Shown: in pieces, positions 13,625 to 32,307 of the stretch
Layout: every line of letters starts with the position of its first letter
How positions within the stretch are numbered: the first letter of the stretch is position 1
Assembly: GCF_009914755.1 (NCBI RefSeq)
Contig: NC_060942.1
DNA: 64,000 nt
Source: the human T2T-CHM13v2.0 reference genome, Homo sapiens
Direction: 5' to 3' (one strand)
Translations under genes and position numbers: made by a program
Notes under the pieces: model-generated
The model's input: only the letters and a program-made list of their open reading frames with translations
Database searches by the model: none
Told to the model about the DNA's origin: nothing

Positions 13625-13800
13625 TCTGAGTTCTAACTTATGGCCTGTATTTTACAAGCTGCTTGACAAAGCATTTCTCCTTCTGTGTCTCAATTGCATC
13701 TTCTACCAAATGGGAGAAAGAACACGTAATTCACAGGGCCATTGTGCGGCTACAGTGTTATCCTATCGCCAAAATTACCGAGCACACCATATAATGTAAC
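13625..13800 (+). mobile_element. MIR fragment
   Basis: ctgtgtctcaattgcatcttctaccaaatgggaga...tcacagggccattgtg resembles the MIR core. Confidence 0.5.
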
Positions 13801-14129
13801 ATTAGCCTTAATAGATATTGTTTGCCTTTTATTTTCTGACCACTTGCATTGGGGTAGGGATGAGGGAATATCAAATAATTCCTCTTCATTCTCCTGTTCT
13901 TAAAATATTAAAAACTAAAGCCCAGGGAAAAATGTAAATGTAAATGTTTACATCCTATGGGAAAATATTTTAAGAGTGCTAAATTCTGCTCACAGAAAAT
14001 TCTGCCCATGGAAACTTACTTCTCTTGTACAATTCCTCATATTGTAGTTGTGGATCTTCATCTCCTCTCGTTCACTTTAAAATTAAGTGAGTATTGAGTA
14101 ATTTAAATTTTTTTTTGATAGTTTGCCAA

Positions 14130-14590
14130 GTGACTCATCAATTTTAAATAATGAGACTCAGAAAATATGATTAAGTATGGAGTTTATTTGCGCACAAAGA
14201 TTGAGGATGATCACTTGGAAAACAGCAACTCCAAATGTATGGGGTCAGTGTTCGAAAGTTAAGGTTTCTTTTATACAGGCAGAGAAAGAGAAATTGTAGC
14301 AGGATTACAACATTTTTCTGTACGAGCCCAGTGTATAGGTTATAATGATTTGATTGGTTACTGAATGTTACATTCCAAGGAAGATATTGTTACTCTGTGA
14401 GGAGGAGAAGTGGTCTGACAGGGTCTTATCTCTGGCCCCATTTGGTCTTCCTAATTATTTATAGGGAGAAAAAAATGACAGAAGTTGCATCTGCATGCAA
14501 CATAACTCAGACAGCATAGCCACATTCCTCTTAAGGCTCAGAATAATTTAAAGTTCCAATAGCTTTGATTCTGAATTATTTAATTTTATA
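14130..14590 (-). mobile_element. ERV1 (MER4-group) solo LTR, subfamily uncertain (MER87/LTR54-like)
   Basis: Minus strand starts aaaattaaataattcagaatcaaagctattggaactttaaattattctgagccttaagaggaatgtggct; CCAAT box, TATA-like and AATAAA signals in LTR order. Confidence 0.6.
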
Positions 14591-14796
14591 CCCATAACCA
14601 GGGTCAGCAATTAAACTTACATAGTTTATTGACATGTACCTTAGGATGAATAAAGAAGTTCTTTAGCTGTCTAGACCCTGCTGAACTAAGAAGTAGGGAA
14701 GATTGTTTCATTTTACACCATTCTGAAATTGTATTATACTTTCTTGTGAAGCTAGCTTTCTGTCATCATAAAGTATATATATAATTATCGTATTTT

Positions 14797-15340
14797 CATA
14801 AGGAAAAGGAAACACAATTTTCTCTCTAAGCTTCATAGTTCTTAGTTGGGACAGACCCCTGTAACAAAAGAAATTAACAAAAGAAAAACAAACAGACATT
14901 TAATAACATGTATACCTCATGTATACGTGGGAATATCTACAGAAAAATGAGAAAAGGTGGCTTTGAATAAGCTTAAATGTCATCATTTGGTGAAACAAAG
15001 ATAGATTAGGCAGGTTGGTTCTAGAGAGATATCCAGAGAAAGTGGAGTAAACAAGAATAAGATTTATTATACAGATTTAAATTGATGCCTTCTCCATTCA
15101 TAGTAGTTTGTAGTGATTTAGAATATCCTTATTTTCCTGAAAGAGAGAGAAAGAGAGAGAGAGAGAGAGAACCTTACAAATGGAGATTATTCCTTTATAA
15201 ACATAAATTTCCCTTATAAAAAAAGGTACATTCTACTCTGTTTTTAGAGCTTCTCCTGTGGCTGGTGTTTCTCAATCAGCTCAAAATAATCCTTATGCTT
15301 ACGAAGCATATTTTGGAATAGGACATTCTGGTCTTTCACA
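14797..15340 (-). mobile_element. MER34-family ERV1 solo LTR
   Basis: Minus strand starts tgtgaaagaccagaatgtcc...ccaaaatatgc...gcataaggattattttgagctga...aggagaagctct. Confidence 0.75.
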
Positions 15341-15364
15341 GTAACCATGACCAAAACTGTAATA

Positions 15365-16028
15365 CAGTAGGCATCCCCTTATGTTTGGGGGATATGTTTC
15401 ACGACCTGGGTGGATGTCAAAACCATGGATAGTAGTTAACCCTATACGCATAATGTCTGCTTTTATACATACGTACCTATGATAAAGTTTAACTTATATA
15501 TTAGATACAGTAAGATTAACAACAAAAACAAATAATAAAACAAAACAATTATAACAATATACTATAATAGGAGTTTTGTAAATGTGGTCTCTCTTACTCT
15601 CTCTCAAAATATATTATTGTACTGTACCCACTCATCTCTTTGGGATGATGTGGGATGATAAAATCCCTACATAATGAGATGAAGTGATGTGAATGAACTA
15701 GGTATTGTGACGTAACATTAGGTTCCTATTGACCCTGAATGCAGGCACTGTGATATTGCGACAGTTGATCTGATAACTGAGATGGCTACTGAGTAACTAA
15801 GAGTGGTAGTGTATACAGCATGGATGTGCTGGTCAAAGGGATGATCCTTGTCTTGCTCGGGGTGGAGGTGTACAGCATGAGATTTTATCACACTACTCAG
15901 ACAACATGCAATCAAAAATTTATAAGTTGTTTATTTCTGAAAATTTCCATTGGATATTTTCTGACTGTGGTTAACTATATGCAACTGAAACCACAGAAAG
16001 CAAAACCGTGAATAAGAGGAGACGACCA
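15365..16028. mobile_element. MER44 (Tigger7)-family MITE
   Basis: TIR remnants cagtaggcatccccttat / ataagaggagacgacca, TA flanks, ctgaaaccacagaaagcaaaaccgtg and tacctatgataaagtttaa motifs. Confidence 0.8.
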
Positions 16029-17195
16029 TAGTACAAACTACTTGTTGAACATTTCATCCTCAGATATTTGATTTTGTGTATGCGTCAAGAGTAGACCCCA
16101 CTCCCAAGGGTGGATGATCATTTTCTAAGCTCACCAAAGATGATACAGAAATTAGGAAGTAAATTTCCAATTTCTATGAGACTAAATCTGTGATGTAAAC
16201 TGAACGCTGAGATGGGGCATCACTTTCTTCTCACTATGTAAGTATGCAACACAATATGCTGAATTTTAATTGGAAGATTTTTTGGAGGACATGGAATCAG
16301 AGCATTTTGAGTATTCTAAGACAAGTCTTCTCTGGCCACGGAGATAATAGTCTCTGGGTCTGGGATGTAGGGCACCTTTCTCTGGACGGTGCTTTACATG
16401 GTCTTTGACCACTTTGTGTTCTTTTGGATTCTCTTGTCTATTCTCTGTTTCCTTCTACACTGAGTACAATATATTAGATTATTAGGTATCTACCTAATAA
16501 ATCACAATTTACTTTCTCAAGATAACAAACAACACAAATAGGATGGAGATATGCATCTATCCAAACTAATCATATATTTAGAGTTTCTTGATTTATACTC
16601 AGGTATACATAATAAAATATAATGTGTATAAGTATTATCAATTCAGCTTTCATAAAGCAAACATATTTTAAATGCTCTTCAATACTGAAGAGAGAAACAT
16701 TTTCCTTATCTCAATTATTTCCCTTTAATACAACTAAAACTGCTCAATTGAGTTGTATACACATAAAAGATATCATGTCTTGTAAATCAATATCCCCACA
16801 TGTAAATTTTAAAACCATGTATTATGTGCATTTTAGATGGTAACATTCTTTAGAGAAAATTAGATATCCGGGAAAAAATATATAAAGTGCAGTATTAATT
16901 CCTTTGTTATAAATTCAGCTTCTGTTTAAAACAAAAGTTTATGCTCTCTGTAATTCAGACTTCTTTAGGAATTAGGCCTTTTACACAGCTCTAGGTCCCT
17001 TCATTTCCAGGTTAAACTTTAAATACATAAATATAAATTAAATCCTCCTCTCTTAAAAATTCTCTGTCACTTTGAGCACTTAATTAGTTATGCAAATATT
17101 TTTGAGTGACCGCTATGCAAACTCACTGTTAGCTAGATAGAAAAATAAATAAGTAATCATTTCTATCACTACCATGCTTTTAATTTATTATTTCT

Positions 17196-19702
<2,507 letters not shown>

Positions 19703-20069
19703 AATTTATTATTTCTAATCAAATATTGGTTTGTTCTCATCTCGGATCCTAAAATGCAGAGACTGGATTATTAAATCTTTACTTTTTCTTTTTACTTTCT
19801 CTCTCTGGTTTCTTCTTTTGTGCGTTTTTCATTTCTTGCTCTCTTTTTTTTGCTCTCTCTTCATTCTCTTTTCCCTCGTTCTCTCTACTTTTTCCTCTTG
19901 CTTTACCTAATAAAAATTGTTTAAGATTAAGCAGCAAAAGAAAGGAATGTGACACATGAGTAGAGTTCAGGAATACAAATTGTACAAATATAGATCAATG
20001 GCAGAAAGGAATATGACTACTAGCATGAATTTGTAGGACTTGCTAACATGCTGAGGCTTATTTTCTCTC

Positions 20070-21135
20070 CACACCTGCACCCAGATACTCTGTCTTCCCA
20101 ACTGCTACTAGGGATAAGCCCCCGTTTGCTCCCAAGGCTAATCTCTTCACTTATCCACTAAACCCCATCTCTTTTCTCCTAATTTATTGCTTCCATTGTT
20201 TACTCCTTTTTCTTCATTATCTATCATCATTTTCTCTGCAATGCATCTATTCCATTATTTAAAAAATAAAACTGATCTTTTGCACTGGAAGCTCATCCAG
20301 CTATTTCTCCAGTATTTGCTCTAAACTCCCAATTTGCTTCCACCCTGTATCTAATTTGTCAGCAAATTGTTATTTTTGTCATAATGATATATTTAAAATT
20401 TTACTACTTATCCCTTATTCCACTTCTATCAGTCTACAATCGGCTATCCTATTAAAATTTCCTGTCAAGTTAAAAATCAGATTTTACCTGGACTATTGGA
20501 ATAGCCTGCTACCAAATCTCCTACTTCCTTCTTATCTATTATCACCAGAGTAGAAAACATTATTCTTTGAAACTCGAATCAAATCATGTCCCTGTTCTGA
20601 AGAAAACCCATATGGCTCTCTAACCCATGCAGAATAAAAACCAGTCCTTGCAGCATCCAAGGTGACTCTGCCTACTGCTCCTTTCTTCTTCTGCTTCTTC
20701 CCATCTTGCTCAACAAACCTTATAACACTCTTTCAGCTGTTCTTCAAACACTTCAGATGCACTTCTCCACCAGGGTGTTTGTACTTATTTTTCCCTGTCA
20801 TATCTTCCCGGCTCTCTCTCTCTCACTTCCGCAAGCCCTTTGCTCCAAGATCACCCCCATCTGAAATTGCAAACCCATAGACCAACCTGTCATCTGGACT
20901 TCTTGATTTTTCTCAATTGCTCCTCTTATTATTAGCATCACTATTTGACATGGTATATATTTAACCAACATTATCCTCTTTTGTCTCCTACTAGAGTGTA
21001 AGATCTGTGAAAACTGGTATTTTTGTCTGTTGGTTTATTTTGTTGTTGTTGTTTCATGGTTTTGTTTCTTCTGTAATCATTGCCCTCCAGAGTTCAAAAC
21101 ATTTGGTAAGCACTCAGTAAACATTTTTTGAATAA
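20070..21135 (+). mobile_element. L2 fragments including the 3' end
   Basis: acctggactattggaatagcct...aatcaaatcatgtc...ctagagtgtaagatctgtga...ggtaagcactcagtaaacattttttgaataa. Confidence 0.75.
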
Positions 21136-23177
21136 AAATTATTTTAAATATTATTTTTAAATGTTATTGTTTTATTTGGGGAGAGAAGATCCCCAAAGGG
21201 AAAAAAACTCATCATGGTTATATAGTAAAAGAAAGTTGACTTTATTTTTTTAGTTGAGCTGATAATGTTTAAACACAGCAGGCTAGACAACTCAGAGATG
21301 TGCATTATCTAATGAACCTCTTTAGTCTGAAATACATCCTACACGATATTGTTCATTTTAAGTTATTTTATACAAGATTGTTTTAAGCTTTATTTTCTTA
21401 GTCTGTAAGAGGAGGAACTCTACCCTTTGATTCTTCTCTGTTTTTCTTGCCTAATAGAGTTGCTGCAGCCATGGTGGATTCTTATTGAATGTGTGCTGAG
21501 TAACAGATGACTTGATTAATATAAAATGTATAATATTTTCCCCTGATTCTTGACAAGCCATATCATATAACTGCCTCAACAGGTTTAATTTATGAAATCT
21601 TTGAGACCCATACCTGATGGAAATTGGATGTTAATAGCTAAAAGAATGACAGGTGCATAACAATTTGAAATACATACAAAATCTTTCTTCGTCACTGCTT
21701 ACAACCAACTCTCTACTCCATTAAGATTTAGGTTTGACTGAAATTTCTAGTGTGGCATTTGAGAGAGAATGTCCAATGTTCACTATACTCAATTCTCAAT
21801 AATAATTGAGACTATACTCAATAATTGAAACTATACTCAATAATTTCAACCATATAATCTTTGATAGTTTCTCCTACGCTCCCTGGATCTTCCACTGTGT
21901 GTAAAAGAGAGATTGAAACCCTAAGGATCTTGTGAAACACATTAATTTATAACTAAAACTAAAAAAAAAAACCCAGTTTCAAATATAAGCTAGTGCCAAA
22001 TACAAACGGACAAATGTAAGCTTGTGAATAGATAGCAGAATGTAGAGAGAAAATAATTTACTTCCAAATCTAAGAGAAAAATACAAAAAGGAAATTGTTT
22101 ATCTTTGTGAAACATAAAATTCCCAGGGTCACATTAATTCCTCAATACTTGCCAGTCCCATCACTGAGCCTTCATTTGCCATAAAGTGTATGAAAATAGC
22201 ATTATCCTGATTGTGTTTGTGTTTAGTCTTATGAATAGAAACTGTGCATTTACATATAATAAAAGGCTGATACAACTAATTTCTTAAGCCCCCAAAAATA
22301 TATTTACATTAGGGTTTTATATCTCTGCCTGCTTCTTAAAGATTATTAAAATAATAACTCTGATAAAATCTAAAGCAAGATTCTTGTTTGGAAATGAAAT
22401 TCTATCACAAATGTTGTATTATAATAATTAGATTACTGTTATAGTTTTGTTTTACTGAGTATATGCTTCCATTTAACATAATGTTACAGATAGAGAATTC
22501 ACAAGAAAAGAGTCTAAAGGTAAATGATGTAATTGTGAAAGCAGAATTAATTTTATAATACAGCTAAAACAAAATTTGATAGTGATTGAAAATATAAAAA
22601 TGGAAACATGGTAAAGTTAATAAAAGGTAGCATGCATAGTTGTGTAGGTTATTTTCTTAGGTAGCATTAAAATGAAATGCAAAGCAAATGAAATAAAAAA
22701 TCTATTCATGTGCCTTATGGAATCATAAATTCCAATGACATTACAATGAAAACAACATGATTTGCCCAGTCAAAGCCAATTATGTTAATGGAAAGAGAAT
22801 GAGAGAGAAAGCTACGGACATCATAAACACTGTCAGTCCAAATCTTCATCTCTTTGGCAGTTAAGTTAATCTACTCTTTTACGTAATTCTTCATAAAAAT
22901 GTTTGAGACTAACTGTGAGTCTGAAACCATAAAATGATCCATGATCAGACAGTCTTTTAGGGGTTTTTCTTTTATATTTTTATTTGTCTGTTAGTTTTTA
23001 TTACCATGTACAGTTTTAGTATAGACACGCTATTGTATCTGACAATTACTAAGTTATTTTCTCCAACTTAGCCTCGACTATACTAATAGTAAATATGATT
23101 TAACCCTACCACTAGATTTATTACTTAATAAATATTCTAAAACCCATATTAAATAGGAATAATAATCATAGTATCAA

Positions 23178-23342
23178 GGGCATTGAGCTAGAAATTATGA
23201 GACCTAGATTCTAATTGTATGTAGCTTAACAATAATAGGCTGTGTGACCTTGTTCAAGTAGCTTCAATTTTGACTATTGCATAAATAATTTCAACCATAT
23301 AATCTTCAAGAACACTACCAGTTGCAGCATCCCGTGATGCTA
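23178..23342 (+). mobile_element. MIR/MIR3 fragment
   Basis: gagacctagattctaatt...gctgtgtgaccttgttcaagt...atcttcaag...catcccgtgatgct. Confidence 0.55.
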
Positions 23343-25917
23343 TATGTAAATAGTGTTTACAGTGATCAAAAATACTTTATCTCTGTGATTCACTTTGATC
23401 CTCTAAACTTCATTTATAGACAAAGAGTGGATTAAATGACTGTTTAAAGTAGAAGACACATGGTTAATATGGTTGGTTAAAAAAGAGATAGCATTGTAGT
23501 CAGAAAATACCTATTGAATGTGTCCAGTGCTTGCCAAAGGGAATGCGGTGATGAACAAGGGAGATATGGTATTTTCATCACAGAGCTTTCAGTTTAGTGT
23601 TAAGGATTATCTTTTCTCTAGAGCTGCCCTTTCCAGACAGCAAGATGCTAAGAGGTGCCCACCAGTCTTCCATCACACAATCTCAAAAAGCTAACTTAAA
23701 ATAAATAATAAATATAAATTGTAAAATGCTAAATTAGCATAACAAAATCTCTTAAACATCCTGTTAAGAAAGAAACCTATTTAACTTCAATTAGCCTAGA
23801 GTTTCACAAGCATATTTAATTGTAAACTACCCACCTGCTCCCCTCCCCCTTCTCACCCAGTAACTGCTAACACCCAGTGAAGCTTTCCCACAGCACAGTT
23901 TTGGAAACACTGGTTTGAACTAAGGTCTTCAGTAGCTAAGGGTTGTTGACATAAAGAACACTAAGAGATATCAGAGCTAGCTTTGAGTCAGTGTTGAGCA
24001 GAGCTAATGAGCTATTTTATGCATATGCTGTTCTTTCAGAAAGAAATATTATGCAGAGAATCATTTTGAAATCCCTACCAAAACTAGAGTTCTCTCTCTC
24101 CTTCTTCTCTCCTTTCTATGCTATTCAAAGAGGAAAATAAACCTGATGGAATATTTCTACCCAGGGAGTAAAAAGCGTTGTTTACTTTTCTGCAAAGCTC
24201 TCAGTCTCTGACAGAGAAACAGTAGTCTAATTAGACACATCTTTTCATTCATGTGCTGTTCTTAAACTACATATCCTTTTCTCTCTTAAATTTTATTTAA
24301 AAAGCAAACATGCTATTTTTTGAAAAAAAAAAAGAAAAATTCTGTGGTTCTTTGACATGTCCACCATTGTTTTAAGTGGAAACATCTTTCAGTCCAGAAG
24401 GAAAACATTATGCCTAAACTGGCATAATGAAAAGAAAAAGAAAAAATAATGGCCGGAAGGTTGCAAATATGGTAATCCTGTACACACAAGCAACACAATT
24501 AAATACAATTAAAAAATAAATAACCCTTAACATCCCTTCATACTTAAATAACCATTGTTTACTGAAGGCTGTAGCAATTTAGTGACTAGAAACAAACTAA
24601 AATGTTGTTTGCATGTTTCTATTCACTAACGTGTGGCTGTCCCTGTTTGTCTTGTAGTTCCTCATCTTATGACTGTTGAAAATAAAAATAATGAAGAAAT
24701 TCAATGAAATAGACTGTTTTGGCAATGTTTCTTGGATTTCATAATACTTTCAGGTCTCTCTTATTTGGATTGTGTGAGTGCACGTGTATGTTGATGGGAG
24801 TAGGTAATCAGAAGTAAAAACAGAATTGTAGAGAAGTAAAAGTCAAAAATATAAGCTGAAGTTTTAGGCTATATCACGAATTAAGCATTAGTAGGCAGAA
24901 TAAAAAGGAAAAATTGGACTCTGGTCTGAGATTTGCTTGTAGTCAGCTAATCAAATTCAGCCACTATTTTACCATGCAGAATCGTATTTGCTTCACTTAT
25001 AAATTGAATTAGTGGCAACACTGAAGTATAACTTGTCAAAAAGTTAAAAACATTACTCATGTAAATATATAATCAGATATCAATTTCATTTAACTCATTA
25101 ATTGAATAAGGTAATCAGTAAAAGGTGAATTTGAAAACTGTACACATATCTAGATAAGCAGTAATGCCAAAATAAATTTGCTAGTAGAAACAAACTAATT
25201 AACATCCTATGGGGAAATAAAATATGTTATTTGAGATAATCTTTTCTTTAGGATGAAAATCAATTACATCTTTACTGGACAAAATTAATATGCATTACTG
25301 AGTAAAAGAATTATTTGCCTGTCAATTATAGTCTATACAACTTCTACCCCTACAGAGTTGGCAACATTCAATTTTTTCAACATTTTTACGCTTTCTAGCT
25401 AAAAAATGACAAGCTTGGAACTCATGATCACTAAACTTTCAAAAACCTGTAACTTAAAACATGTTATATGATCTTTGAAAAGAATGAGATAAAGCAAATG
25501 ACATAATAGAAGTTTAGAACTGAAGATGTAAAATATAATATCAGGAATGTAACCATTTCCCTTAACATCACAATATCATTACTATCCACGATTGACATTG
25601 TATACAAGATGTCATATTTGAATTCTCAGGAAGAGAAAGAACAAGAGAGAAAAAAAGTTGCCTGAATCAAGAAAACAAAAAAAGTAACCAGAAGTTCTCA
25701 TTGCACTTTTGGTCTCATCTTGCTAATCATTACTGTATAACTTAGTCACGCATTGCTGCAAGGTGGCTGAAACTTGTTTCTTACGGGTATCTGTTTCCTC
25801 TTTAAGAAAACTGGGATTATGTTAATCAGAAAAAGGTTATAGTATGTATACCTTCAGCCACATAATCCAGAATTAAGATGAGAGAGCATAATCTTTAAAT
25901 ATGAAAGATCATAGGAT

Positions 25918-26461
25918 TATAGGGGAGGGAAAATCTTTCTACTCTCTGAGAGTTTGATAATGGAGTCTATGAAATAAACTAACAGTAGACAGATTAATAG
26001 GAAAAAAAGGTATACCCATTTATTACATACACAGCAGCCTCACATGAAAGAAAAGTGAGTATATGAAACTCAATGAGATCTAGAAGCTTACATGCCCTCT
26101 TCATTAGGGAGAGTGGAAGGGAGAGGTAGGCAATTTAGATGAGAATAAATGATTTTTGAGAAAGATGAATGAGCCCTCAAAAGAAGAGGTGACAGCCTGT
26201 GACAAATTCTGTCTAGGCATGACGTCACCTCCAGTTTCTTCTCCTCTTGAGTTAACCTTTCCTAACCATCTGAGTTGATGAGGTTCCTGCGGAGGGGTTT
26301 CGTGACAATTGTGCTCGTTCTGGGCAATCTGTCTTTAGGCAGATTAAGGAAGTTCAGAGAAAGTCCCTTCCTGCGTTTGCTGTTCCCCAAGTGCCCTCAG
26401 TTTCCATTAGTCAGCATGCCCAAGCTGCATATTTTGTGGTGGCATTTCCTGATCTCCTTTA
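25918..26461 (-). mobile_element. MER34-family (MER34C-like) ERV1 solo LTR
   Basis: Minus strand: ggagatcaggaaatgccaccacaaaatatgc...gcatgctgac...ctgagggcacttggggaacagca...tctgcctaaagacaga. Confidence 0.7.
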
Positions 26462-26652
26462 GTAGAAATATTTTTCACAGTAATATTTGGAGATTCTATC
26501 ATTCATTGATCAACAAATTGGAAGGTTGTTAATGTCTTTTTAAAAATTTATTACTAAGGGTTTTTTTGTTTTTGTTTTTAAATTTCTTATGGTTGCTGCC
26601 ATATGTAAGCCATGGGAGCTACTGGAAAAAGGGGGAGTATAAGAAAGACTTA

Positions 26653-27643
<991 letters not shown>

Positions 27644-28250
27644 TAGAATAAAATATGAGACTCAGAAGATGGTATTATTTGCCTTTCAAAGTCTATCTGA
27701 CTTTGTGACTTAGGATCCTTATACGATCCTTCCATATCAAATATGGTGCTTATTGAGTAAAAAAAAAAAAGTAGAGAGGAAACTTGTGCTGATGTGTTTA
27801 CTTCCAAGAATAATGATTGATATTTTGTCACTCTTCGGCATGTTAAGACCTTCATTGTGGACAATTTTACAAAAGGTGGAGAAGAGAAGTGTCAGGATAG
27901 GCACAATTAGCTAAAGTACTGATTAGAAACAAGCTTCCGGAAATTTATGTGTTTCAGCTGTTCATATAATCTTAAGCATCTCAATAGTTCAGAACATTGG
28001 AATACATGCTTGCTCTACCATTGATACTCTAGTGAGACAATAGCATTTTTAGCTGTGTTGTCATTGATTTGTATTTGAGCAAGTACATTACTCTGTCAAA
28101 TCAGTAGTCTCAATAGTTTATTCCTATAACTTAGTATTGTAATGAGTAGAAAATGGTGCCTATTCAGCATAATTCTCTTATCTTATCACTCTTGGAAGCC
28201 ATAAGCCTGTTATGTAGAAATACAACAAAAGCAACTGCCAAAAAATCTGG

Positions 28251-28307
28251 GTGCATGTGTGTGTGTCTGTGTGTGTGTGAGAGAGAGAGTGTGTGCATGT
28301 GTGTGTG
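28251..28307. repeat. Compound (TG)n/(GA)n microsatellite
   Basis: Read directly. Confidence 0.9.
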
Positions 28308-29009
28308 GGCATGGGAGTGATACATTGTGTACATAACCCACATATGTTTGTGCAGCTGTGATGTTTGAGTAACATACCACTTGGCATGTGGAATGTGTAC
28401 AGAAGAGGGTGAGTACCTTTCTTTAGAATACTAATTACTGATAAAACATGATTATCATTTCCTGGAAGCCATGTTGAAGTTGAGAGTGCCAGATTTAAAA
28501 CAAAAAAAGCAAACAAGCAAGCAAAAACAGATTATCTGTTTCCTCTCATTGCACTGCTACCAAGCAGACCTTAAAATTCCAGTGAAACATTGTAAGCTGA
28601 TTTGAGTGAAATGCTGTGAAAATGCTGACACATAACAAAGGGATGGAGTTATTATAATAATTAAATTAGTTAATGCTTTCAAGGAATTTAGCACCTGGTG
28701 TTTGATAAACTAAATGAAATTATTCAGTTTACTGTATTTCATGATAATTACTTTTTAAATTAGGACTCTCAGAGCTTTCTATGTATTGGACTTATGGGCT
28801 TAGCCAGAACCCTTGAGAGACAACTTCTAACTTCATGCTCTTGGGCTTCATAGTCATGATGAACTATGTGTTCCCTTTAGGCATCTTCACTATAAAACTG
28901 TTTCTTTTTTTGAAATCTCACTCTTAGACCTAAAGAAAACGGAACTTAGTACTCTCAAGAGCTCTGTAGCTTTCAATATTTTACTTAGCTTGAAAGAGTC
29001 TGCCATATT

Positions 29010-29280
29010 TTCAAGGATATTTTTAGAAGACACAAAACTCCTAGGTCAGAGATGAAAGACAGTTTATTACTTATAGCACTAATTACAGAGTAACGGCAAT
29101 TTTCAGCCAATTCACAAAGATTTAATTTTCACACGTGACACAAATAGGACTAGAAGATACCAGAACACAAAATGAGTTAAATTACCAAAAATGATTATTA
29201 AGTTTAGAGAATCATAATTCTTTAAAATGGATGGTAAGTATGACTGTGCTATACTCCAACAGGAAGCATTGTCTTTATTA
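29010..29280. mobile_element. Probable old ERVL LTR fragment (MER74/MER54-like)
   Basis: aaaactcctaggtcagagatgaaagacagtttattacttatagca resembles those LTRs; weak recall. Confidence 0.35.
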
Positions 29281-29283
29281 TAA

Positions 29284-31710
<2,427 letters not shown>

Positions 31711-31997
31711 AACAAGAAGACTTTTTTTCTGTTTTCTGCCTTTTTATTTCACTGTAGTTACTCCCCTTGGCAGTATTTAACATAGATCCAGGTAGCAAAG
31801 AATCTTGGTGATGTCATTTGCCCAGTTTCAGCCTTAGTATCACAGAGGAGAATTAGAAGTTTAGATTTGCTGCCAAAAACAATATGTAAAAATGGACACA
31901 CACAAATCATCTCTTTGCTTACTCACACTCTTTGTATATATTTGAATTGCCATACAAAAAATACTTTCAGGTTGCCACTTAACAAAATGGAACTCTG

Positions 31998-32307
31998 GGC
32001 CAGGCGCAGTGGCTCACACCTGCAATCCCAGCACTTTGGGAGGCCAAGGTGGGCATATCACCTAAAGTCAGGAGTTCGAGACCAGCCTTGCCAACATGGC
32101 AAAACCCCATCTCTACTAAAAATACAAAAATTAGCCACGTGTGGTGGTGGGTACCTGTAATCCCAGCTACTCAGGAGGCTGAGGCAGGAGAGTCACTTGA
32201 ACTGGGAGGCCGGATGTCGCAGTGAGCCGAGATCACACCACTGCACTCCAGCCTGGGCGACAAGAGCGAAACTCCGTCAAAAAAAAAAAAAAAAAAAAAA
32301 CACACAA
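31998..32307 (+). mobile_element. AluS (AluSq-like), full length
   Basis: gacaagagcgaaactcc; 14-bp TSD aaaatggaactctg (31984-31997, 32308-32321). Confidence 0.94.

Noticed and set aside
21430-21490. Good acceptor followed by a Kozak-context GCCATGG
   Set aside because: The ORF is only MVDSY-stop and no convincing donor follows
21782-21861. Short repeats with spacers, superficially CRISPR-like
   Set aside because: Human DNA, only three 12-mers with 7-17 nt spacers and no cas genes; better explained as a repair or slippage scar
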